A stretch of 64,000 bases of DNA from a virus. How positions within the stretch are numbered: position 1 is the first letter of the stretch; each line of letters opens with the position of its first letter. A program made the position numbers and the translations under genes. The DNA is taken from IMG/VR virus record IMGVR_UViG_3300046782_000843. One strand, 5' to 3'. Positions 41,025 to 49,262 of the stretch are shown piece after piece. The notes beneath the pieces were generated by a model, which was not told the origin of the DNA, did no database searches, and saw only the letters and a program-made list of their open reading frames with translations.

Positions 41025-41318
41025 ATGAGACGCATCGACGCCGACGACGCCCACGCCGCTCTCGACGCCCCGATCGCCCGCCCCGCCCCCAGGGAGGAGC
41101 AGGACTGGGACGCCTTCCTGCACGAGATCAACGACCTGCGCACGAGCGGGGACTACGACTGGGCAGATGAAACGCTCGGGTTCATCGCCGAGACCGTGGA
41201 GAAGACCGAGCGGGTCACGGTGGGGCAGCGCACCGCGGTCGCGAACATCACCAACGCGCGGCGGGAGCGCCCCTGGAGCCGTCGCGCAGGCTCGCGGCGC
41301 TACGAGGGCTACCGATGA
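41025..41318 (+). CDS. hypothetical protein
   Basis: 97 aa from ATG 41025 (GGAGGTG RBS). Confidence 0.65.
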   Translation: MRRIDADDAHAALDAPIARPAPREEQDWDAFLHEINDLRTSGDYDWADETLGFIAETVEKTERVTVGQRTAVANITNARRERPWSRRAGSRRYEGYR

Positions 41319-41569
41319 CCCCGGGCGCGGAGATCGGGGCGCCTGGGGGCGCTGGCGGCTGCGAGGACGGCATCCACGACCAGGTGGTGGCGGGCGAGCC
41401 GCAGTATGGCGGGGCGGTGAACATCGACCACCACTGCGCGCGGTGCGGCAAGCGGCTGTGGGTCGAGAGCTGGACGCGCGAGGCCTGGGAGGCCGAGCAG
41501 GTGAAGCGGGCGAAGAAGGCGGGGAAGCAGCAGCTGCAGGGGGCGACGTCCCCTGAGCCGCGTGACTGA
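41315..41569 (+). CDS. hypothetical protein with CxxC
   Basis: 84 aa. ATGA coupling. Confidence 0.55.
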   Translation: MTPGAEIGAPGGAGGCEDGIHDQVVAGEPQYGGAVNIDHHCARCGKRLWVESWTREAWEAEQVKRAKKAGKQQLQGATSPEPRD

Positions 41570-41987
41570 GCCCGACGACGACTTCGACGACGATGCGCCA
41601 GACCTCGACCTGCGGGGGATGGTCCGCTCGCCTGACCACGACACCTCGGTCGCTGCGGCGGTCCACCACGTCTCCGGCCGCACCAAGCTGCAGGAGCGCA
41701 TCTACCAGATCCTCCACGACAGCGGCGGCTTGATGGACGAGCAGCTCTGGCTACTGCCGGAGTTCGCCCACTACGACCAGTCGACCGTCCGCAAGCGGCG
41801 CAGCGAGCTGTATCAGGCCGGGCTCGTCGTCAAGATCGGTGTGGGCGTCAACTCGCGCGGCTTCAAGATGACCATCTGGGGCGTCGCGCCCCCACGGCCG
41901 CCGGAGCCGCCTCCTGCAGCGCCAAAACCACGCCGCAGCCTGTACCCAACCCCGCCGACGGTGACGCCGAAGAGGAAGCGGGTATGA
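41562..41987 (+). CDS. winged-helix DNA-binding protein
   Basis: 141 aa. RIYQILHDSGGLMDEQL...STVRKRRSELYQAGLVVKIG is MarR-like. Confidence 0.6.
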   Translation: MTEPDDDFDDDAPDLDLRGMVRSPDHDTSVAAAVHHVSGRTKLQERIYQILHDSGGLMDEQLWLLPEFAHYDQSTVRKRRSELYQAGLVVKIGVGVNSRGFKMTIWGVAPPRPPEPPPAAPKPRRSLYPTPPTVTPKRKRV

Positions 41988-44900
41988 GCCGACTCGCCCA
42001 CCCCGACGGCTGCCGCGGCTGCACCCTCGACGAGCGCGGCGACGGCTTCGCGCCCGCCGATGGTCCCTCCGACGCCTGGCTGCTCCTGGTCGGCGAGGCG
42101 CTCGGGATGACCGAGGCGCTGACCGGCCGCCCCTTCGTCGGCGACGCGGGCGGGATGCTCCAGCGCCTGCTCAATCTCCTCGGCTGGAGCCGCGACGCCA
42201 TCCGCATCCACAACACCATCAGCTGCAGGCCGCCGGGCGACTGGTTCGACGAGAGAGCGCCCTGGTACTACTCGGCGATGGGGCACTGCCCGTACCTCCG
42301 CGACACGCTGGCTGAAGGCCACCAGGTGGTCGTGCCGATGGGCCTGACCGCCCTGCGGCGGGTGATGCACCTGGAGCACAAGAAGAAGCTCAAGGTACAG
42401 GACTTCCACGGCGCGGTGCTGCGCGACCCGACCGACCGCTACTGGGTCGTGCCGACCTTCCACCCGTCGTTCTTGCAGCGCGGCGCCACCAACATGATCG
42501 GCACCGTGCTGTGGGACCTCAGGAGGGCGGAGGAGGCGCGGGACCACGGGCGGGTGGCGAGCGCCCACACGCTGGTGGTCGACCCGAGCGTCGAGTGGTT
42601 CCGCGCCTGGGTCGACACGGTGGTCGCCGCCAGAACCCAAGACCCTGGCGCCTATCCGCTATCGAGCGACGTCGAGACGCCGGACAAGGCGGGCGGCCGG
42701 GACGAGGGGGAGATCACCGCCGACGATGTGAGCTACCAGCTGCTGCGGCACAACGTCTCCTGCCACACCGACGAAGGCGTCACGGTGCCCCACGCCGGGC
42801 CGTACCTGGAGGAACTCCGGCGGCTGTATGCCTCCCCCGGAAGCATATGGATGTGGAACCGCGAGTACGACTTCGGGCGCCAGGTCCACGCCGCGATGAT
42901 GCGCGAGGAAGACTCGCACCGGGCGGTCGACCTGATGTGGCTGTGGCACTTCCTACAGAGCGATGTCCCCCGCGGGCTCGGGTTTGTCGCGCCTTTCTAC
43001 AGCAACTATGGGCCCTGGAAACACCTGGCGGATGAGGACCCGGCGACCTACGGCGCCGCCGACGGCCTGCAGACGCACCGGGTCGGGTTCGGGATCTACC
43101 ACGACCTGCAGCGCCAGGGCCAGCTCACGATGGCCCTGCGTCACACCCACCAGCTCCTGAGCGAGGTGCTGCGGCCTGCGCAGTTGGTCGGGCTGAAGGT
43201 CGACCGCCCGCAGCTGCTCGTCTTCAAGCAGGAGCTGATCGACAAGGCGCGCGAGCGGATGGACACCCTGAGCGCGTGCGTGCCGGACTCCCTCGCCGCC
43301 CTCACCCCGAAGGAGGGGCTGAAGCGCCCGCCCGCGGCCGACCTGCTGCATGTGAAAGCGACCGCATTCACCCGGAAGGGCGTGCCCCGCAAGGGGAAGC
43401 CCACGTCCGAGATCAAACAGGAGCTATATGCGCGAGCACAAGTCATCGAACGCCTCGTCATCAAAGAAGTCCTTGTCTGCCGCAGCTGCGGAGCTACAGA
43501 CCTTGATCGACGCCACAAGTGTGCTCTACCTGCACCTGGAGGTCTTCCGGCTGCAGCTCCTCAACTCGACCTGGCTGTGGCGAGCGTCAGCCGGTGGTTT
43601 TGGAAGGAGCCATTCAACCCTGACTCCGTCCCGCAGGTCCTCAGTTACATCAAGCACCGCAAGCACAAGCCCGGGCGGGCGAAAAAGTCGGCGAGCGAGG
43701 AAAGCGAAAGCACCAACCGCGAAACCCTAGAGCGGCTAGCGCGGACGACCGGCGACCGCTTCTATGGGACGCTGCTCGACTACCGCGCGATCGGGAAGGT
43801 CAAAGGGACCTACGTGGAAGGCACCGAGCGGCGACTCGATGCTGACGACCGGCTGCACCCGGTGCCGACCTTCAAGCCGAGCACCATGCGACTCAGCTAC
43901 ACCAATCCAAACATAACCAACGTGGTTGCAGACAAGGGTGGCGCACAAGGCTTGGCCGCGGGCTTCAGGAGGTGCATTGTCGCGGGGCCAGGCTGCCGCC
44001 TGCTGGAGGTGGACTTCAGCGCGATCGAAGCGGTCGAGACTGGGTGGTGCGCCAGCGATGCGGAGTATTACCGCCTCGCCAAACTGGGCGTCCATGCCGC
44101 CCTGGTCACGCACGTCCTGCGTCAGCCCTACGACCCCGGCGAGAGTGACGCGGCGCTCAAGGCGCTCTTCGCGCGGGTGAAGGACGAGCACCAGGACGTC
44201 TACGAGCCCGCCAAGCGCTACATCCACGGGCGAGCATATGGCTTGACGGTGGCCGGGATGCAGCTGCAGTTTCCGCATCTTTTCAAGACCCAGGCCGTCG
44301 CCCAGCAATACGCGCGCATCTTCGAGGGGATGGCGCCGGGGGTGGCCCGCTGGCAGGGGAACACACAGCTGCGTGCCAGCCGCCAGCATTATCTCGGTGG
44401 CGCCGGTGACCATCCCTTTGCCTATAAGCACTGGTTCTGGTCCGTCTACCAATACAAGCGACTGACCGCGACGCAGTACTACCGCCTGGTCGCGAAGCAC
44501 CAGCGCGAGGGGAGCGAGCCGCCGGTCCTGACGATCAACGGGCAGCACTTCCGCATCAGTTTAGGGGAAGACGGCAAGCGGGTGTTAGCGTTCTACCCCC
44601 AGAGCATCGCCGCGGGGATCCTGAAGGAAGCGCTGCTGCGGCTGTTCGCGGACAAGGACAGCCCGAGTTACATCGGCGATGTCTACTTCGGGAAGACGCC
44701 GCTGCGCGCCCCGATCCACGACTCACTGCTGCTGGAGATCCCGCTGCGGGTGTGGGACCGGGTGGTCGAGATCGTGTGTATGGAGATGCAGCGGCCGGTC
44801 GTGCAGCAGCCGCTGCCCGAGAGCTGGGGGGCGCGCTTCGGCGAGTATGTCGCGATCGGGGTCGCGGCGAAGGCGGGGCAGAACTGGGCCGCGATGGAGA

Positions 44901-44998
44901 AGATCGCGGTGCCAGGGTATGAGAGTGACTGGGAGGCGCAGCCAGTCGAGGCTGAGGACGAGGAGGACTGGGGCGACCTGGCGAGAGTGATCGCATAA
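41984..44998 (+). CDS. DNA polymerase, family A, with N-terminal UDG family-4-like domain and 3'-5' exonuclease
   Basis: The UDG4-like part has CRGC, GEALG...GRPFVGDAG and FHPSF. The exonuclease part has SSDVETP, WNREYDF and YGAADG. The polymerase part has RLHPVPTFKPSTMRLSYTNPNITNV, LLEVDFSAIEAV, AKRYIHGRAYG and IHDSLLLE. Confidence 0.9.
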   Translation: MSRLAHPDGCRGCTLDERGDGFAPADGPSDAWLLLVGEALGMTEALTGRPFVGDAGGMLQRLLNLLGWSRDAIRIHNTISCRPPGDWFDERAPWYYSAMGHCPYLRDTLAEGHQVVVPMGLTALRRVMHLEHKKKLKVQDFHGAVLRDPTDRYWVVPTFHPSFLQRGATNMIGTVLWDLRRAEEARDHGRVASAHTLVVDPSVEWFRAWVDTVVAARTQDPGAYPLSSDVETPDKAGGRDEGEITADDVSYQLLRHNVSCHTDEGVTVPHAGPYLEELRRLYASPGSIWMWNREYDFGRQVHAAMMREEDSHRAVDLMWLWHFLQSDVPRGLGFVAPFYSNYGPWKHLADEDPATYGAADGLQTHRVGFGIYHDLQRQGQLTMALRHTHQLLSEVLRPAQLVGLKVDRPQLLVFKQELIDKARERMDTLSACVPDSLAALTPKEGLKRPPAADLLHVKATAFTRKGVPRKGKPTSEIKQELYARAQVIERLVIKEVLVCRSCGATDLDRRHKCALPAPGGLPAAAPQLDLAVASVSRWFWKEPFNPDSVPQVLSYIKHRKHKPGRAKKSASEESESTNRETLERLARTTGDRFYGTLLDYRAIGKVKGTYVEGTERRLDADDRLHPVPTFKPSTMRLSYTNPNITNVVADKGGAQGLAAGFRRCIVAGPGCRLLEVDFSAIEAVETGWCASDAEYYRLAKLGVHAALVTHVLRQPYDPGESDAALKALFARVKDEHQDVYEPAKRYIHGRAYGLTVAGMQLQFPHLFKTQAVAQQYARIFEGMAPGVARWQGNTQLRASRQHYLGGAGDHPFAYKHWFWSVYQYKRLTATQYYRLVAKHQREGSEPPVLTINGQHFRISLGEDGKRVLAFYPQSIAAGILKEALLRLFADKDSPSYIGDVYFGKTPLRAPIHDSLLLEIPLRVWDRVVEIVCMEMQRPVVQQPLPESWGARFGEYVAIGVAAKAGQNWAAMEKIAVPGYESDWEAQPVEAEDEEDWGDLARVIA

Positions 44999-45028
44999 CC
45001 ACACAGGCAACAGCAGAGGAGACGACAC

Positions 45029-45688
45029 ATGGCAAAGAAGCAAGAGCAGAAGGACCAGCCGGGGCACCACTCGGGGAAGAGCGGCTTCCCCCACTACGAC
45101 CAGGTGCTGCGCGCCTATGACGAGCTACTCGCCAGCGGGCAGATCCAGCGGCGGACGGACCAGGAGCAGGTCGAGCAGGACAAGGGGCTACTGACGCGGA
45201 GAGCTGGCTACTACAGCAACCAGCTGACGCCCGCGATCGGCATCCTGGCCAAGACCAGCGGCAACAACTCGCTGGGGTATTCGGTGGACCTGTTGATCCA
45301 CAAGGCCGGGACATTCTGGGACGTGGCGACCGACGTCGAGGGGCTGGCGTCGCCGGTCAATGGGGGACCGCTCGGGCCCGACCCGGAGCTGTCGGCGAAC
45401 GGCTGGAGGCAGCCGACTGCGGAGCTGGCGGGGATCAACAGTGAGGAGGCGGGAGGGGCCGACCTGCGCAGCCAGGCGCCGCCCTGGGACGAGAGTCATG
45501 CGGTCGAGTTCGGCACGGCCTGCAACCAGGTCTACACCGAGTCGGGCGCGTCGCCGGACGGCGGGATGATCGCCGTCTACGCCATGAGGTGCGCCTACGA
45601 CTACTACGTCGCGGGCATGGCGTGGGCCGACTGCTTGAAGAAGCATACCAATGCCTTCCGCGCCGAATACGGGCTGCCGCCGCTCTAA
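45029..45688 (+). CDS. hypothetical protein sharing a domain with virion protein 53027..53704
   Basis: 219 aa. IGILAKTSGNNSLGYSVDLLIHKAGTFWDVA aligns with IGLITRTSGNNVLGLSVDKLVQSTNGDFVDIA. Confidence 0.7.
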   Translation: MAKKQEQKDQPGHHSGKSGFPHYDQVLRAYDELLASGQIQRRTDQEQVEQDKGLLTRRAGYYSNQLTPAIGILAKTSGNNSLGYSVDLLIHKAGTFWDVATDVEGLASPVNGGPLGPDPELSANGWRQPTAELAGINSEEAGGADLRSQAPPWDESHAVEFGTACNQVYTESGASPDGGMIAVYAMRCAYDYYVAGMAWADCLKKHTNAFRAEYGLPPL

Positions 45689-45698
45689 GGTCGGGGTG

Positions 45699-45752
45699 GA
45701 AAGCATAGGCTTTTGGGCCACTTGACAGAAGCATATGCTTGTGTGGTATACT
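45699..45752 (+). promoter_or_regulatory. promoter P5 with dual boxes
   Basis: GAAAGCATAGGC (45699-45710), TTGACA (45722-45727), GCATATGC (45731-45738), TGG-TATACT (45744-45752). Leader to GTG 45803 is about 44 nt. Confidence 0.65.
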
Positions 45753-45802
45753 GATGGGGTGGTGGCGCGAATGTCCGCGCCCCACCTGATTGGAGCCGCA
45801 CC

Positions 45803-46186
45803 GTGAGCAACAAGCGCACCCCCGACCCGGTCCCCGAGCTAACCCTGTCCCGCGACGAGTTCTCCCAGACCCTGCGCGACCGCAGCGGCCATCCTGAAGG
45901 CGTGACCAAGGAGAGCCTGGTCAACGTCGCCGACTTCTACGGCAACCTCACCACCTGGGTGGTGCGGACCGTGCGCGTCGAGGGCCAGGACACGGTCTTC
46001 CTGCAGCGCAACCACGCGGGCGGCGGCGACCGCTTCGTGCTGCCGCCGGAGGTCACCGCGGTCCTGGCACGGCACCGCGACACCGCGGCCACGGTCAACC
46101 GGCGGCGTGGCGCGCGGCGCAGCGCGGCGAATAGGAAGGCGCTGGGGATCGCCCCGGCGTTCCTGAAGAAAGCGAGTGAGGCATGA
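45803..46186 (+). CDS. hypothetical protein
   Basis: 127 aa. GTG start with GGAG RBS. Basic C-terminal tail. Confidence 0.65.
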   Translation: MSNKRTPDPVPELTLSRDEFSQTLRDRSGHPEGVTKESLVNVADFYGNLTTWVVRTVRVEGQDTVFLQRNHAGGGDRFVLPPEVTAVLARHRDTAATVNRRRGARRSAANRKALGIAPAFLKKASEA

Positions 46187-46530
46187 TCGGGCGCCCGAGT
46201 GCTTTACTCGTCACGCTGGCGCTCTGCGCCTCGGCCTGCAGCGGGTCGAGCCCCACTGCGCCCAGTGCAGCCCGTACTGGCACCCTGACCATCCGGCTCG
46301 ACGCGGCGTGCGCCGGGGTCCGGGTGGTCAGCGCGGACCTGTTCGTCGATGGCGTCGGCGTCGGGCCGGTCGCCAGCGGCGGCGCCTATACCGCCTCGGT
46401 CGCCCTCGGCCAGCACAACGTCGAGGCGGCGGCCTACAACCTGACGACGGGGGTCCGGTTGTATCACTGGGGACCGGAGACGGTCACGGTGGGCACGGGC
46501 GGCTTCAACGAGCTGTTTTACTGCGCCTGA
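46183..46530 (+). CDS. putative lipoprotein
   Basis: 115 aa. The signal peptide LLVTLALCASACSG carries a lipobox-like ASAC. Confidence 0.6.
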   Translation: MIGRPSALLVTLALCASACSGSSPTAPSAARTGTLTIRLDAACAGVRVVSADLFVDGVGVGPVASGGAYTASVALGQHNVEAAAYNLTTGVRLYHWGPETVTVGTGGFNELFYCA

Positions 46531-46546
46531 TGGAGACTCACGAACC

Positions 46547-46765
46547 ATGCCCAAGAAACCCTACAGCTACGACTACACGGCGCGGGCCAACCCGCGCCGG
46601 TATCTCCTCTCCGGCATCCCGCCCACCCTCTGGGAGCGCGTCCGCTCCCGGGCGCGGCGGGAGGGCATCTCGGTGCGGCAGCTGATCCTGCAGCTCGTCG
46701 AGGCCTGGGCCGCCCGGCCCGAGGGCGCCGACGAGGTCGTGCTGCCCTCTGCCGTCGCTGACTAG
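46547..46765 (+). CDS. ribbon-helix-helix DNA-binding protein
   Basis: 72 aa. Contains YLLSGIPPTLWERVRSRARREGISVRQLILQLVEAW. Confidence 0.65.
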   Translation: MPKKPYSYDYTARANPRRYLLSGIPPTLWERVRSRARREGISVRQLILQLVEAWAARPEGADEVVLPSAVAD

Positions 46766-49257
46766 CGAGCCTCGGGGTTGGTCTCCACCGAGGGCGGCGG
46801 GCCAGGTGGAGGCGTCGGCGCTCCGGGCGGCGGCGTCGGTGGCCTGCCAACCTGGGAGGGCAGGTCGCCGGTCTGGTGCAGCCGGTTAGCCGCCGCGACC
46901 GCCCAGGCGGTCAGACGGGTCGTGTCACCAGGCGGGATGCGCAAGCCTTGAGTGAGGAAGCGCACGCCGCCCTTGCTGTTCGCCAGGGCGGAGAAAAGCC
47001 CGCCTGCCACCTGCGGCGCCGCGGCGGTGAACGGGCTGCCCCCAAACGCCGCCAGCGTCGACCACAGCGACGAGAGCGAGAACGAGGTCATACTCGGGTT
47101 CGCCGAGGCCGCCAGCATCTTCTGCCCGAGGAAGAACCGGTCAAGGTCGCGGGTGCGGTTGCCAAACAGGATCTGCTTGGTCTCCGGCCCGAGGCTCTCC
47201 CACATCCGCGCCGCGCCCGCCTCGCGGCTCCAGCCCTTCTCCAGGCCAGTCGCGTGCTCGAAGATCTTGTCGAGCACCGCGCGCCCGACCTGCGGCATGG
47301 TCTGAGGCGCCACGCGCGCCAGCTCCTGTAGCCCCTCGACGTGGCGGTCGCCTGTACCGACCGCGGTGTCGAAGGCCTGCACCTTCTCCTTGTTCATGCT
47401 GTCGACCAGGTCCTCGATCGCATACTTCGCCTTGGTCGCGCCGCGCGCCTCAGCGAGGGCGGCCTGCGCCTGCGGGCCGAGCGTCGCCATCGCGGCGTCG
47501 ACCGCCTGGGACACCTCGTTGACGGCGATGCCCGCGGTGCCCTGTTCAAGCGACCTGAACGCCGGGTGGTCGAAGCCGCGCGCCGCCCGCTTGAGCGCTC
47601 CGAGGTTCTTCTCGACCGTGCCCACCGGCTCGAAGTCGCGCAACGCGAGGACGTTGTCGAGGGCCTGGAGGCCCTTGGAGTATTGCTGCTGCCCCAGAGG
47701 CATCTGCGCCACGATCTCGTCGCGGATCGGCTGCAGCGCGGCCTTCACCTGGCGCAGGTCGGTGGGGACCTGGATGGGCTCGAAAATAGGCACGCGGGGT
47801 TGCCCCGGCGGATAGAAGGGCGGTGGGGCGGTGCCGGTCTGGACCGTGTGCAGGTGCGCAGGGTCGGCGGCGAGCCGGTCGACGGTGTCGTAGGCGGTCG
47901 AGGCCTGGCGGCTGAGCGCGGAGGCCGCGTCGCTGGTGCCCTGCCGCAGCGCGATGCCCGCCTCGCCGGGCGTGACGATCGCGGGGTAGACCTGGTCGGC
48001 CATGCGCTGCCCGAGGTTGGCCACCGCACGCGCTCGCTCGTTCTTCGCGACCAGGCCGATGCCTCCACCTGCCAGGGTCGACTCGGCGTGCTGCTGCAGG
48101 GCCCGCGCGACCCGGTTGCCGGTGGTCGTGCCGAGGTCGACCTTGACGCCGCCCCGCGTGAGGAGGTCGACGGCCGCTTGCTGCTCGGGCAGGAGGTGCG
48201 GCTTGAAGCGCAGTGGGATGGGCAGCCCGTACTTCCCGAGCACCTCGGGGCCGAGGGTTTGGGCCGCGACGTCGGTGACCTTCCCGGCGCCCTCGGCATA
48301 CTTGCCCTCGCGGATGTTCTGCTCGCCTTCTGAGAGGCGGGTGCCGAGGCCGCCCATGAGGTCGAGCGGGACGTTCACCGCTTCGAGGAGCGTGTTGCCG
48401 ACCTCCTTCCCCCCTTGCATCAACGCGGGGAGCCGTCCCCTCCCAGGCGGCTCGTTGAGACCCCCCTGGAAGGCCTGCGCGGCGCGGTCAGCGGCGGCGC
48501 GCACCCGGCCCGTCGAGGTGTCGAACAGCTTGTGCGCCGTGTCAGTCGGATGCTCCAGCGCCCAGCCGACGGCGTTGCTGGCGTCGACCGCGCCGTGGCC
48601 GACTGCCTTGGCCGCCGCCACGGAGCTGCCCTCCGGGTCCCGCAGGAACGTATCTGCGCCCCGCCCGGCGGCGACCACACCTGCTTTGGCCGCCCCCCAG
48701 AGGTCGCGGAGGCCCTTGGTCGCCTCGTGGCTGAAGATGTCCCAGGAGGTCGGGGGCGTGGTCGGTGCCGTCGGTGTCGTCGGTGTAGTCGCTGGTGTGG
48801 TGCCCGGCGCCGGGGTCTCAGTGCTCGGCTTGATCATCCCGAGCACCTTCTGCACGTAGGGGTCGGTGGCCTCGCGCGGGGCGGTCGGGCTCGCGTTGTA
48901 GCGGCGCAGGGCCATCACGACGTCGTTGTTGTGGGTGTTGAGCAGGTCGCGCAGCTCCTCGACGCCGCCCCGCACGACGTCCGCCGGGTCGTTGACGTTG
49001 ACCTGGTGGCGCGCCGCGGTCTCCGGCATCAGTTGCATGATGCCGCGGGCCCCAGCCCGAGAGACCGCCGCTGGGTTCATCGACGACTCAGTCTTCGCCA
49101 CCGCGAGCGCGAGGCGCGGGTCGACCTGATACTTCTTGGCAATGCCGGTGATCACGTCGTCCCAGCTGGCGGGCGTCCCGAGCGTCGGGGGCGGCGCGGG
49201 CGGCGCCGACGGCGTCAGAGGCGGCGGCTGCGGTGGAGCGAACTGTGGGTCAGCCAT
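46762..49257 (-). CDS. internal virion / tail-associated protein with N-terminal lytic transglycosylase (SLT) domain
   Basis: 831 aa from ATG 49257. Contains AKTESSMNPAAVSRAGARGIMQLMPETA. Confidence 0.8.
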   Translation of the reverse strand: MADPQFAPPQPPPLTPSAPPAPPPTLGTPASWDDVITGIAKKYQVDPRLALAVAKTESSMNPAAVSRAGARGIMQLMPETAARHQVNVNDPADVVRGGVEELRDLLNTHNNDVVMALRRYNASPTAPREATDPYVQKVLGMIKPSTETPAPGTTPATTPTTPTAPTTPPTSWDIFSHEATKGLRDLWGAAKAGVVAAGRGADTFLRDPEGSSVAAAKAVGHGAVDASNAVGWALEHPTDTAHKLFDTSTGRVRAAADRAAQAFQGGLNEPPGRGRLPALMQGGKEVGNTLLEAVNVPLDLMGGLGTRLSEGEQNIREGKYAEGAGKVTDVAAQTLGPEVLGKYGLPIPLRFKPHLLPEQQAAVDLLTRGGVKVDLGTTTGNRVARALQQHAESTLAGGGIGLVAKNERARAVANLGQRMADQVYPAIVTPGEAGIALRQGTSDAASALSRQASTAYDTVDRLAADPAHLHTVQTGTAPPPFYPPGQPRVPIFEPIQVPTDLRQVKAALQPIRDEIVAQMPLGQQQYSKGLQALDNVLALRDFEPVGTVEKNLGALKRAARGFDHPAFRSLEQGTAGIAVNEVSQAVDAAMATLGPQAQAALAEARGATKAKYAIEDLVDSMNKEKVQAFDTAVGTGDRHVEGLQELARVAPQTMPQVGRAVLDKIFEHATGLEKGWSREAGAARMWESLGPETKQILFGNRTRDLDRFFLGQKMLAASANPSMTSFSLSSLWSTLAAFGGSPFTAAAPQVAGGLFSALANSKGGVRFLTQGLRIPPGDTTRLTAWAVAAANRLHQTGDLPSQVGRPPTPPPGAPTPPPGPPPSVETNPEAR

Positions 49258-49262
49258 GGCAC

